In this document: positions 8,793 through 17,765 of the stretch, piece by piece | How the letters are laid out: each line of letters opens with the position of its first letter | Numbering within the stretch: the first letter of the stretch is position 1 | Assembly: GCA_003022535.1 (NCBI GenBank) | Contig: PXTT01000039.1 | Span: forward strand, 948-64,947 | DNA: 64,000 bases | Direction: 5' to 3' | Source: Bacteroidetes bacterium QS_9_68_14 | Lineage (GTDB): Bacteria; Bacteroidota; Rhodothermia; Rhodothermales; Salinibacteraceae | Notes under the pieces: generated by a model | Told to the model about the DNA's origin: nothing | The model's input: only the letters and a program-made list of their open reading frames with translations | Databases searched by the model: none | Position numbers and translations under genes: made by a program

Positions 8793-9581
8793 CTACCCCC
8801 ATGCCGGTGGGGCCAGCGCATCGGGCGCGATGATGCGCTCCCCACGCGCCAGGTCGAAGATCGCGCTCATTTCCTCCTCCGACAGCTCGAAGTCGAAAAT
8901 CTCGAAGTTGGCGCGGCGGTGCTCGGCAGAGGACGCTTTGGGGACGGCAGCCACGCGGTCCTGCTGCACCTGCCAGCGAAGGGCCACCTGCGCGGCCGTC
9001 TTGCCGTGCGCTTCACCAATGGCCTGGAGGGTTTCGTCGGCGGGCACGTCTCCGCGCGCAAGCGGGCTGTACGAGGTGAAGAGCAAGTCGTGCGAGCGGC
9101 ACATCCCGATCAGCTCGTGCTGCGAGAGGAACGGGTGGTACTCCACCTGCAACGCGAAGAGCGGGGCGCGCTCCATCGCTGCCTCCAGAAGGTCGGGGGT
9201 GAAGTTGCTCACGCCCAAGCGACGCGCGCGGCCTTCGTCTTGCTGGGCCAAGAGCGCCTCCATCGTGGCGTTCATCTCGAAGCCGCCAGCGGGCCAGTGG
9301 ATGTACAGAAGGTCCACGTAGTCCACGCCCAGCTTCTCGAGGCTGCGCTCCACGCTGCGCGGCAGGGACTCGGGGTCGAGGTTGGACGGCCAGACTTTCG
9401 TGACCAAGAAGATATCCTCGCGGGCCACGTCGCTTTCGGCCAGCGCCTCGCCGACCTCGGCTTCGTTCTCGTAGGCTTGCGCCGTGTCGATGTGGCGGTA
9501 TCCGATCTCGAGCGCGTCGGAAACCGCCTTGCGGCAGCCGTCGCCGGTGACTTGCCAGGTGCCCAGGCCCAGCGCGGGCAC
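8793..9581 (-). CDS. Aldo/keto reductase (2,5-diketo-D-gluconate reductase-like)
   Basis: PALGLGTWQ...[14 protein letters not shown]...LVTKVW...LYIHWP...SNF...SYSPL pattern. GTG start at 9579-9581 with an in-frame TAA ten codons upstream. Confidence 0.85.
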   Translation of the reverse strand: MPALGLGTWQVTGDGCRKAVSDALEIGYRHIDTAQAYENEAEVGEALAESDVAREDIFLVTKVWPSNLDPESLPRSVERSLEKLGVDYVDLLYIHWPAGGFEMNATMEALLAQQDEGRARRLGVSNFTPDLLEAAMERAPLFALQVEYHPFLSQHELIGMCRSHDLLFTSYSPLARGDVPADETLQAIGEAHGKTAAQVALRWQVQQDRVAAVPKASSAEHRRANFEIFDFELSEEEMSAIFDLARGERIIAPDALAPPAWG

Positions 9582-9618
9582 TTCTTCGCCCTGTACGGTC
9601 CAGCCCCGTTACGAACGG
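9444..9618. repeat. Direct repeat copy 1 (5' leader plus first ~46 codons of the intact aldo/keto reductase gene)
   Basis: Aligns with 11136-11333 with 4 substitutions and one 23-nt indel. Confidence 0.9.
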
Positions 9619-9731
9619 TCGCGCTGCTCGCGGCGGGGAGGCATCCGACGCCTCAATGAACCTGCATTGAAGGGCAGCCGTGTAGAGAAACGTTCTTCAA
9701 ACCCTTACCCAGAAAGCTTTCGAGATGCCGT

Positions 9732-11012
9732 ATGGCGTACCGCAGCAACGCGGCGAGCGATGCCGAGCCCTCGCGGAGCGAGGCCCCGCTCCGCGAGAAG
9801 CAAGAAACGTCCCGGCCGTCCCCCCGTGAAGTCGCCGGCATTCTCGAAAGCATTACCGACGCCTTTTTCGCCCTCGACGAGGACTGGCGTTTCACTTACC
9901 TCAACACGCACGCCGAGGAGCTGCTGGGCCGCCGCCGCGAGGAACTGCTGGGCGAGAGCGTGTGGGACGCATTCCCCGAGGCGGTGGGATCGACCTTTGA
10001 GGAGCAGTACCGCCGCGCTGCCGAGCAACAGGTGTCCGTGCAGTTCGAAGAGTGGTATCCTCCGCTCGAGACCTGGTTTGAGGTGGAGGCCTACCCACGC
10101 GCTCAGGGCGGCCTCACCATTTTCTTCAACGACATCAGCGAGCGGAAGCAACGTGAGCAGGCCCTTCGAGCGGCCAAAGAGCAGGCGCAGCAGGCAAAGG
10201 AAAAAGCCGAAGCCGCCAGCCGGGCCAAAAGCCGCTTCCTGACCAACATGAGCCACGAACTGCGCACGCCCCTGAACGCCATCATCGGATACAGCGAAAT
10301 GTATCTGGAGGAGCCGGCGGACTGGGAGCGCAATCAGATCAAGGAGGACATGCGCAGCATCCACCGCGCCGGCCACCAGTTGCTCGCCCACTTCGACGAC
10401 CTTCTGCACTTGGCGAAAGCGGAGGGCGGCAAGCTCAATCTCGCCCCCGGGACGTTCTCCTTTCCCCCCCTGGTCGACGAGGTCGTCGAAAAGATACAAT
10501 CGACGATGGAGGAGAACGGCAATGCATTGCACGTCGAAGGCGCTAAAGGCGTCGGGCAGATCCGCACCGACCGCTTGAAGCTGCGCCAGATCTTGTACAA
10601 TCTCCTCTCCAACGCCGCCAAATACACCCAAGAAGGCGATGTCATGCTGCGGGCGCGCATCGAGCACCGGCTCGGCCTCGAAAGCGTGCCCCGGACAGGC
10701 GTGGCCCTGGAGGAGCGCACGGAGGGGGAGGAGTCCTACTGCACTCCCTCGGCCGCGCGCCGCATGCTCGTCCTCGAGGTGTCCGACACCGGAATAGGCA
10801 TGACCGAAGAAGAGCAGGAATGGATCTTCGGAGCCTTCGGGCGCAGCGAGGAAAACGCGGGGAGCCGGGGCATCGGACTGGGCCTGAGCCTCACGCGCGA
10901 CCTATGCAAAATGCTCGGAGGCCGGATCGGGGTCGAGAGCGAGAAAGGCGTCGGCTCGACCTTTACGGTTCGCGTTCCGGTGGAGGTGATGCTTCCGTCC
11001 CCGCGCCTCTGA
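9732..11012 (+). CDS. Cytoplasmic PAS-domain sensor histidine kinase (no adjacent response regulator)
   Basis: PAS (ILESITDAFFALDEDWRFTYLN...ISERKQRE), coiled linker, HisKA H-box (FLTNMSHELRTPLNAIIGYSEM) and HATPase_c N/G boxes (LLSNAAKYT, DTGIGM, GIGLGLSL). Confidence 0.85.
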   Translation: MAYRSNAASDAEPSRSEAPLREKQETSRPSPREVAGILESITDAFFALDEDWRFTYLNTHAEELLGRRREELLGESVWDAFPEAVGSTFEEQYRRAAEQQVSVQFEEWYPPLETWFEVEAYPRAQGGLTIFFNDISERKQREQALRAAKEQAQQAKEKAEAASRAKSRFLTNMSHELRTPLNAIIGYSEMYLEEPADWERNQIKEDMRSIHRAGHQLLAHFDDLLHLAKAEGGKLNLAPGTFSFPPLVDEVVEKIQSTMEENGNALHVEGAKGVGQIRTDRLKLRQILYNLLSNAAKYTQEGDVMLRARIEHRLGLESVPRTGVALEERTEGEESYCTPSAARRMLVLEVSDTGIGMTEEEQEWIFGAFGRSEENAGSRGIGLGLSLTRDLCKMLGGRIGVESEKGVGSTFTVRVPVEVMLPSPRL

Positions 11013-11105
11013 CGCACGCGGCCTCTTCCCGAGCCGGCGGTTCTCGGCCCGTCGGCGACCGTCGCGGGTCACCCGCGAACATCTTTCAAACGCCCCTTCG
11101 CTTGC

Positions 11106-11333
11106 TCACGGCGGCGCCTCGAAGCCACGCCGGATCGCCTCGCCGACCTCATCCTCGTTCTCGTAGGCTTGCGCCGTGTCGATGTGGCGGTAGCCGATCT
11201 CGAGCGCGTCGGAAACCGCCTTGCGGCAGCCGTCGCCGGTGACTTGCCAGGTGCCCAGGCCCAGCGCGGGCACTTCTTCGCCCTGTACGGTCGGAGGCGG
11301 TTCGGTAGAGAACAGCAGCCCCGTTACGAACGG
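11106..11333 (-). pseudogene. Orphan 5' fragment of the aldo/keto reductase gene (repeat copy 2) fused to a 34-bp patch from the glycoside-hydrolase-like gene
   Basis: The minus strand reads ...[61 protein letters not shown]-stop. The first part duplicates the AKR N-terminus. The tail [11 protein letters not shown] equals the C-terminal region of the 12246..13478 protein. Confidence 0.7.
11136..11333. repeat. Direct repeat copy 2 (contains an extra 23 nt at 11293-11315)
   Basis: Near-identical to 9444-9618. Confidence 0.9.
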
Positions 11334-11430
11334 CTGCGTTGCCGACGCAGCGTGGCCCGCGTTTTCCGACGCCAGCGCAGCGAGAGACCACGGTCCACGG
11401 CCCGCCGTCTGCCGTCCTCATCTGCCGTCC

Positions 11431-12201
11431 TCAAAGGTACGCCCCGCCGCTGGCGAGAATCAGGTTGCCCGTCACCCAGCGCGCTTCCTCGCGCGCCAGG
11501 AACGCCGCGACCGGCGCCACGTCCGCCGGCCGCCCCACACGGCCAAACACCGACAACTTCGCGTCCTCGGCGTCCTGCGCCTCCGCGCCGATCTGCTCTT
11601 CGGGCTTGGTCGGCCCCGGCATCACGCCGTTGACGGTGATCCCGCGCTCGCCAACCTCTTTGGCGAGGGTCTGCACCATCGCATTGGCGGCGGCCTTCGA
11701 GGCGGAGTACGCGCCTAGCCGCGCGGGCATCTGCCGCGTGACCGACGAGGTGACGGCCACGATGCGCCCGCCCCGGGGCAGCCGCCGCGCCGCCTCGCGC
11801 AGCACGTAGAAGCTGCCACGCGCGTTAATGTCCATGAACTGCGCGAGGTCCTCCGGCTCGGTGTCGGCGAAGGGAATCGGGTGTCCCTGCGCGCCGGCGT
11901 TATGCACGAGCACCGTCGGCGCCGCGCCGAAGTGGTCGGCCGCCTCGTCGAAGAGGCGCTCCGCCTCGGCAGAGTCGGAGAGGTCGGCCCGGAGGGCGGT
12001 CGGCGCAGGCGCATCGCCGTCTTCCGGCATGGCCGCGCGGAGGGCTGCCAGCGCGTCCTCAGCGTCCCCTGAGCTGCCGTGGTAGCCGATGGCCACGCCC
12101 GCTCCATCGGACGCCAGTCGCTCGGCAATGCCGCGCCCGATGTTGCGCGAGCCACCGGTGACGAGCGCGTTTTTTCCGGAAAGCGGGAGCGCGGCAGGCA
12201 T
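11431..12201 (-). CDS. SDR-family oxidoreductase (FabG-like)
   Basis: Rossmann motif GKNALVTGGSRNIGRGIA, NAG, catalytic YSASKAA, and PGP. ATG at 12199-12201 lies within ORF 11431..12300. Confidence 0.8.
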   Translation of the reverse strand: MPAALPLSGKNALVTGGSRNIGRGIAERLASDGAGVAIGYHGSSGDAEDALAALRAAMPEDGDAPAPTALRADLSDSAEAERLFDEAADHFGAAPTVLVHNAGAQGHPIPFADTEPEDLAQFMDINARGSFYVLREAARRLPRGGRIVAVTSSVTRQMPARLGAYSASKAAANAMVQTLAKEVGERGITVNGVMPGPTKPEEQIGAEAQDAEDAKLSVFGRVGRPADVAPVAAFLAREEARWVTGNLILASGGAYL

Positions 12202-12245
12202 GGGGGGCGTGGCGGCGTAGGCAAAGACAGGCGGGCGCGACGCTT

Positions 12246-13478
12246 TCACACACGCCCCGCCGGGCCGCCGGGTTCGGGCGCGGTCCATGCGGAGGCGCAT
12301 GGTGCGGCGTGGCCCGCTCGCTTGCCGCGGCGGCCTCTTCGTCTTGGCAACAGCTCATCAGCGGGCGGCGGCGCCTCGAAGCCACGCCGGATCGCCTCGG
12401 CGGCCGGGCCACGCGGCATGAAGCCGGTCGCGTGGCGGCGCTCGCGGGCGACCGGCCACTTCCAGACCGCCGCCCCCGCAATCCACGGGCGCGGCCACAC
12501 CTCCGCAAAGAAGGCCTCGTAGAGCCGCGCCTGCAGTCTGGGGGCGGGCGCGTGGTGCTCCTCAGGCCAGCGCCACGGCTCGGCGGCCGCGGAGCGGGCG
12601 TTACGGTAGCCCAGTTCGGTGAAGAAGATCGGCTTGCCGGCCCGGGCACTCACGCGGCGCAGCGCCCGGCGGTGCGGCTGCCACCCGTCGCGCAGGGCGC
12701 GCGTGGCCGGCTCCTCCTGCTCGGCGAGCGGGAAGTACCCCTGCACGCCAACGTAGTCGAGCGCGTCCCAGAAGGGGACGCTTTCGTACTCCTCGTGCCA
12801 GTTGGCCGCGTAGGTCAGCTTGCCCGCATATGCCGCGCGCACGTCGGCGATGAGCTTTCTCCAGAAGCCCGGGCGCGCGCTGGTCGTGCCGGCCAGCTCC
12901 GTCCCGATGACCAGAAGGTCTGCCTCCACCGCCTCGGCCAGGCGCGCGTAGTGCAGCAGGAAGCGCCGGTACTGCTGCTGCCACGCCTTCCAATCTTGTT
13001 CGCGCTCGAAGGCAATGTCGAGGCGGGAGCCGCCCTCGCGGCCCACCCAGAGGTGCGGCTTGAGAACGAGGCCCATCCCCAGCGAATCAGCGCGGCGCGC
13101 GAGCGCCCGGATGCCGGCATCCGTCTCGCTGTACCAGCCGTCCTCCCCGTCGCCGCCGGTGTGCATCTGGATGCGCGTCGCCTGCGGGCCGCGCTGAAAG
13201 CCGAAGGAGACGAGCGCTAGGTGCGTGGCCCCGAGCCGCGCGACGGCGCGGAGCGTCGAGTCGGGCGGGCGGTCGACCGCGTCGAGGGTGACGGCCCGGA
13301 TGCGTGGCGCTTCCGCCTCGGGCGGCGCCGAGGACGCGCTGCTGCCGCCGGGGGGATCGGCGGCGCACCCGCTCCCGAGAAACACTACGGGCATCAGCAA
13401 CGCCGCCAGCAGCAACGCGACCGGCGGCGAAGCCTCCGGCAGCAACGGGGCATCTCTTGCGCGTGGCGTCTTTAGCAC
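12246..13478 (-). CDS. Lipoprotein with a glycoside-hydrolase-like TIM-barrel domain (GH113-like; family assignment tentative)
   Basis: Lipobox VFLGSGC. Conserved-looking blocks are LVLKPHLW, LLVIGTELAG, LTYAANW, YVGVQGYFPL and IFFTELGY, giving two candidate catalytic Glu in TELxG contexts. Confidence 0.55.
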   Translation of the reverse strand: MLKTPRARDAPLLPEASPPVALLLAALLMPVVFLGSGCAADPPGGSSASSAPPEAEAPRIRAVTLDAVDRPPDSTLRAVARLGATHLALVSFGFQRGPQATRIQMHTGGDGEDGWYSETDAGIRALARRADSLGMGLVLKPHLWVGREGGSRLDIAFEREQDWKAWQQQYRRFLLHYARLAEAVEADLLVIGTELAGTTSARPGFWRKLIADVRAAYAGKLTYAANWHEEYESVPFWDALDYVGVQGYFPLAEQEEPATRALRDGWQPHRRALRRVSARAGKPIFFTELGYRNARSAAAEPWRWPEEHHAPAPRLQARLYEAFFAEVWPRPWIAGAAVWKWPVARERRHATGFMPRGPAAEAIRRGFEAPPPADELLPRRRGRRGKRAGHAAPCASAWTAPEPGGPAGRV

Positions 13479-13788
13479 GGCAGGGTGGGAGCAGGGCGTT
13501 GCTCAGGAAGGCGCGGGCGGGCCGGAGGTCACGGCCCCTGTGGCGCTCGCGTCCCTACGCCCGCCGCAGGCGACGGTCGCGCAACGCCCCCCATCCACGA
13601 CCTACCATCTGCTATGCCTCGCGGCGAGCACGGCAAGCGAACCAAGCGAGCCCGCTATCTCGCAGATTGTTTCGCACGTACGCAAGACCCTACTTGCAAA
13701 ACGGTGGCGCGTCGGCGAGGTTGTAAGCGCTAGTTTGCGTTCCGGTCTCCGAAGCGCACCCGTTCTTTCCTGCTTCCCCCGCCGTCTC

Positions 13789-15015
13789 GTGTCGCCGCGC
13801 CTCCGCCTTGCCGCCCCTGCCGCGCTGCTGGCGCTCCTTCTCTGGGGCGCTGCGCTCGCGCGCGGCCAATCGCCGGCCACGAGGGGCGAGGCGGCGCTTC
13901 GCGTCCGCGCAGCCGGGGACGTGATGCTGGGCACGGACTTCCCCTCCCCCCAGCACCTGCCGCCCGATAGTGCCCTGTGCGAAGACCAAACAGCCCCTGC
14001 CTCTTCTCACACAGAAGTAGCCCCGGGGTGCGCCGAGAACGTCCTCACCGCCGTGGCGCCGCTGCTGCGGGACGCGGACCTCACGTTCGTCAACCTCGAA
14101 GGCCCGCTCGCAGATACCACGGCCACGACCGACAAGTGCGATCCTGGCGAGAACTGCTACGCCTTTCGGACGCCGCCACGCTACGGGCGCTTTCTGGAGA
14201 GCGCGGGCATAGACGCCGTCTCCATCGCCAACAACCACGCGACCGACTTCGGCGCAGAGGGGCAACGTCAAACCATCCAGGCGCTCGATGAGCTGGGAAT
14301 CGCGTGGTCGGGGCCGCCGGGCACGACAGCCACGCTCCGGGTCCAGGGGCGGCGCGTCGGGCTGGTGGCCTTTCACACCAGCCGTAGCGGCAACTACCTC
14401 AACGACCACGACGCGGCGGCGGCGCTCGTGGACTCGCTCGCCGGCCGCTCTGACCTCACGCTCGTCTCCTTCCACGGCGGGGCCGAGGGCGCGGACGCGC
14501 TTCACGTGCCCGATACGATGGAGACCTTCTACGGTGAAAAAAGAGGCCACCTGCGCGCCTTCGCCCGCCGCGTCGTGGACGCTGGCGCGGATCTCGTGCT
14601 GGGCCACGGGCCGCACGTGCCGCGCGGGATGGAGCTGTACCGCGGGCGCTTGGTGGCCTACTCGCTGGGCAACTTTGCCACCTACGGACGCTTTAACTTG
14701 AGCGGCCCGCTGGGCCTGGGGCTGGTGCTGGAGGCGCGCCTCGGGGCGGACGGGCGCTTCCGCGGCGGGCGGCTGCTCTCCACGCGCCAGCTCGGCGAAG
14801 GCGTCCCGGTGCCCGACGAGTGCCGCCGGGAGGCCGCCCGGCTGGTGCGCCGCCTCTCCGCCGAGGACTTTTCCAACCCCGACCTGCGGATCTTGCCCGG
14901 CGGGCGTCTCTTCAACCGCCGCGCCGTGCGCCCGCTCGCGCCGGTGCCGCCGACGTGGCCCGTGCCGCCCCGCGAGCCCGCGCCCGTCGCCGTACTCACG
15001 CCGCACGGGGACTGA
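13789..15015 (+). CDS. CapA/PgsA-type poly-gamma-glutamate capsule synthesis family protein (metallophosphatase fold)
   Basis: Signal-like N-terminus, then GDVMLGT, DLTFVNLEGPL, VSIANNHATDFG, VSFHGGAEG, LVLGHGPHVPRG and YSLGNF. GTG 13789 is chosen as start; the first ~188 codons of ORF 13225..15015 do not look coding. Confidence 0.8.
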   Translation: MSPRLRLAAPAALLALLLWGAALARGQSPATRGEAALRVRAAGDVMLGTDFPSPQHLPPDSALCEDQTAPASSHTEVAPGCAENVLTAVAPLLRDADLTFVNLEGPLADTTATTDKCDPGENCYAFRTPPRYGRFLESAGIDAVSIANNHATDFGAEGQRQTIQALDELGIAWSGPPGTTATLRVQGRRVGLVAFHTSRSGNYLNDHDAAAALVDSLAGRSDLTLVSFHGGAEGADALHVPDTMETFYGEKRGHLRAFARRVVDAGADLVLGHGPHVPRGMELYRGRLVAYSLGNFATYGRFNLSGPLGLGLVLEARLGADGRFRGGRLLSTRQLGEGVPVPDECRREAARLVRRLSAEDFSNPDLRILPGGRLFNRRAVRPLAPVPPTWPVPPREPAPVAVLTPHGD

Positions 15016-15119
15016 TTGGAGCACGCGTCGGGGTGGCCGGGGCCGCGCGTTCTTCTCAGGCATGGCACATCGCGTTCCCACGTTTTCGTGCCCCTCTCCT
15101 TTCCTCTCCCTCGAAAGAA

Positions 15120-16310
15120 GTGCACGACGTAGCTATCATTGGCGGCGGCATCGTGGGGCTGGCCACCGCCTACCACCTGTCGCGGCAGTACCCTGAGCAG
15201 TCGGTCGTCGTTCTGGAAAAAGAAGACCGCGTGGCTGCGCACCAGACCGGGCGCAACAGCGGCGTCATCCACTCGGGCATCTACTACACCCCCGGCTCGC
15301 TGAAGGCGAAAAACTGCCGCGAGGGCAAGCGCCGCCTCCAGCGCTTCTGCGCGGAGCGCGACGTGGACTACGAGATGTGCGGCAAGGTCATCGTCGCCGC
15401 CGACGAAAGCGAGATCCCCGGCCTGCGGGAGATCGAGCGCAAGGGGCGCGAAAACGAAATCGAGCACGAACGCATCGGCCCCGGGCGGCTGACAGAAATC
15501 GAGCCGTACGTGCGCGGCGTCGAGGCGCTGCGCGTGCCGCGCGCCGGCATCGTGGACTACACGGGCATGGCCGAGGCCATGGCCGAGGCCGTCCGAGAGC
15601 GCGGACACGCGGTGCGTACCTCGGCCGGCGTGGCCGGGATGGACGTGCGCCCCGAGGGCGCGGTGCTGGAGACAGAAGCCGGCCCCGCCCAGGCACGCTA
15701 CGTCGTCAACTGCGGGGGCCTCTACGCCGACCGCCTCGCCGCCATGAGCGGCGCGGAGCCACGTGTACAGGTCGTGCCCTTTCGCGGGGAGTACTACGAG
15801 CTCACGCCCGGGGCGCGCCACCTGTGCAACGGCCTGATCTACCCGGTGCCCGACCCGGCCTTTCCCTTTTTAGGCGTCCATTTTACCAAAACCGTCGAGG
15901 GCGGCGTGGAATGCGGCCCCAGCGCGGTCTTGGCCTTCGCGCGCCAGGGGTACCGCTTCGGCGACGTCCACTGGCGCGAGCTGGCAGAGATCCTATCGTT
16001 CCCGGGCTTCTGGCGCCTGGCCATGCGCCACTGGAAGAAGGGCCTCCTGGAAATCGCGCAGTCGCTCTCCACGCGCTACTACCTGCGCGCGCTACGCCAC
16101 CTCATTCCTACGATCGAAAAGAGCGACCTCCGACCCTCCTCCGCAGGCGTGCGGGCGCAGGCGCTCACGCCCGGCGGCGAGCTGGTGGACGACTTTCTCA
16201 TCACCGAGACCGAGCGCGTGGTCAACGTGCTTAACGCCGCCTCGCCGGCAGCCACCGCGTCGCTGTCGGTGGGCTCGGTGATCGGGGAGCGGCTGGCGCG
16301 GCGGTTTTGA
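15120..16310 (+). CDS. lhgO: L-2-hydroxyglutarate oxidase-type FAD-dependent oxidoreductase
   Basis: DVAIIGGGIVGLATAYHL ... HQTGRNSGVIHSGIYYTPGSLKA is the LhgO-type FAD motif. A GTG start at 15120 gives ~396 aa. Confidence 0.8.
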   Translation: MHDVAIIGGGIVGLATAYHLSRQYPEQSVVVLEKEDRVAAHQTGRNSGVIHSGIYYTPGSLKAKNCREGKRRLQRFCAERDVDYEMCGKVIVAADESEIPGLREIERKGRENEIEHERIGPGRLTEIEPYVRGVEALRVPRAGIVDYTGMAEAMAEAVRERGHAVRTSAGVAGMDVRPEGAVLETEAGPAQARYVVNCGGLYADRLAAMSGAEPRVQVVPFRGEYYELTPGARHLCNGLIYPVPDPAFPFLGVHFTKTVEGGVECGPSAVLAFARQGYRFGDVHWRELAEILSFPGFWRLAMRHWKKGLLEIAQSLSTRYYLRALRHLIPTIEKSDLRPSSAGVRAQALTPGGELVDDFLITETERVVNVLNAASPAATASLSVGSVIGERLARRF

Positions 16311-16640
16311 GGCGGCCGGCGGGCCTTGCGAAGCCGGGCGGCTACTGGACAGCCGGCTGGGCGTTGCACAGGGCCATCGGGGCGCTGAGGCGCGTCTGCG
16401 ACGAGCACGGCGTGGACGGGCGGCTCTTTCACGGGCGCGGCAGCGGCCACGCGTACCAGGCCATCCGCGCGATGCCGCTGGCCGCGCAGAACGGGCGCAT
16501 CCGCTTCACCGAACGGGGAGGTGATCTCCTTCCGCTACGGGCTCGGCGAGATCGCTCATCGCCACCTCAGGCAGATCGCCAGCGCGGTACTTTTCTCCAC
16601 TGCCGAGGCGGAGCGACGCGGCAGAGCACGGGGTAGGCGT
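16311..16640 (+). pseudogene. ppc: Relic (~100 codons) of phosphoenolpyruvate carboxylase
   Basis: GGYWTAGWALHRA...GVDGRLFHGRGSG-HAYQAIRAMP...GRIRFTE, then after a frame slip near 16511-16519 GEVISFRYGLGEIAHRHL. This matches the PEPC region around the LFHGRGGxxGRGGGP loop, which is itself shortened. The ~600 N-terminal and ~250 C-terminal residues are absent. Confidence 0.65.
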
Positions 16641-16760
16641 GCAGGGCTGTAAGTACGCGGAGTCGTAGGTTCGTACGTTAGTGGAGCGTGCAAGTGCCTG
16701 TGAGGAAGCCACTTATGAGAAAGCCGCGTACCTCCCTACTCATTTGCGCACCTCTCCGCC

Positions 16761-17765
16761 TCAGTACCCCATGCCGGTGGTGTCGCGGCGCCGCTGGACC
16801 TCCGCTTGGTTGGAGGCAGCCTCCTGCGCGAGCCGGTCGAGCGTCCGCGCAGGGCGGGCCAGGCCCGTCGTGTCGGCGAGTTGGTGGCGGCGCGCCAGGT
16901 AGGCCGGCTCGTTGTAGGCTACGAAGGCGTTGCCTTCATTTCCCTCCCAGACGAGCATCTTCTGCGGCAGGTCGATGCCCATCGTGGGCGCTTTTCGCAT
17001 GAGCGGCGTGCCGGCCCGGGGGTTGCCGAAGACCAGCAGGCGCGTGGGACGCAGGCTGTCGCCGGCAGGCGCATTCTGCGCGTGGTCCATCTGCGCCATG
17101 ACCGAGAGCGGCGGGCGGGACCGCACGGCTTCGCGCAGACGGCGGTACGTCTTGCCAGGCCCGAAGTCGCTCGTCTCGATGGCCAGCCCGGCCCCGGCGC
17201 GGATGGAGTCGGCGTTGAAGGCGCTGGTGTCGGGCACGCGCCCAGCGGCCTGCTCGGCGAGGGAGGCGAGCGCGTCGCCCATCTGCCGAAGCGACCCGCC
17301 GACCCCCTCGAAGTCGTGGCGCGTGGCAAGGTAGGCGGGCACGTTGTAGGTGATGCGCGTGGAGTCGTCCCGGCCTTCCCACACGAGCATTTTTTGCGGG
17401 AGGTCGATGCCGGCGGTCTGCACTCCTTGCATCAGGGGCGTGCCGAGGGCCGGGTTGCCGAACATCAGCAGGCGCGTGGGGCGCAGGCTGTCGCCCGAGG
17501 CGTTCTGCGCGTGGTTCACGTCGGCCACGAGCGTGGCCGGGCTCGCCTGGATCGCGCTTTTGAGCTGCTCGGTGACGGCCGCGACGCTCCGGCCGGTCGT
17601 CCCCGTCACCAGCCCCTCGCCGGGCGGCGGCACGCCCGGGGCGCGCGTCGTGTCGGCCGCCGTGTCGGAGCGCCCCATGCTCAGCAGGCCCTCGCAGCCG
17701 CCCGCCAGCAACGCCCCCGCCGCCATCGCGGCGACCAGGAGCAGGCCGGGAAAGCGTCGAGACAT
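16761..17765 (-). CDS. Lipoprotein with two tandem DUF302 domains
   Basis: Lipobox LLAGGC. The block LRPTRLL(M/V)FGNP..GTPLM......IDLPQKMLVWEG...(I/V).YN.PAYLA.RH occurs twice. Confidence 0.75.
   Translation of the reverse strand: MSRRFPGLLLVAAMAAGALLAGGCEGLLSMGRSDTAADTTRAPGVPPPGEGLVTGTTGRSVAAVTEQLKSAIQASPATLVADVNHAQNASGDSLRPTRLLMFGNPALGTPLMQGVQTAGIDLPQKMLVWEGRDDSTRITYNVPAYLATRHDFEGVGGSLRQMGDALASLAEQAAGRVPDTSAFNADSIRAGAGLAIETSDFGPGKTYRRLREAVRSRPPLSVMAQMDHAQNAPAGDSLRPTRLLVFGNPRAGTPLMRKAPTMGIDLPQKMLVWEGNEGNAFVAYNEPAYLARRHQLADTTGLARPARTLDRLAQEAASNQAEVQRRRDTTGMGY

Noticed and set aside
8793-9650. Possible N-terminal truncation of the aldo/keto reductase caused by the 23-nt difference between the repeat copies
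   Set aside because: In both repeat copies the only ATG/GTG/TTG start in frame is the same GTG (VPALGLGTW). The 23-nt indel therefore lies in the leader and not in coding sequence, so the gene is probably intact.
6393-9659. 1088-aa ORF on the plus strand, the longest in this part of the window
   Set aside because: It runs antisense or out of frame across the LacI-family, TopIB and AKR genes. It is dominated by R/A/G/P and has no recognisable motif. This is a typical high-GC artefact frame.
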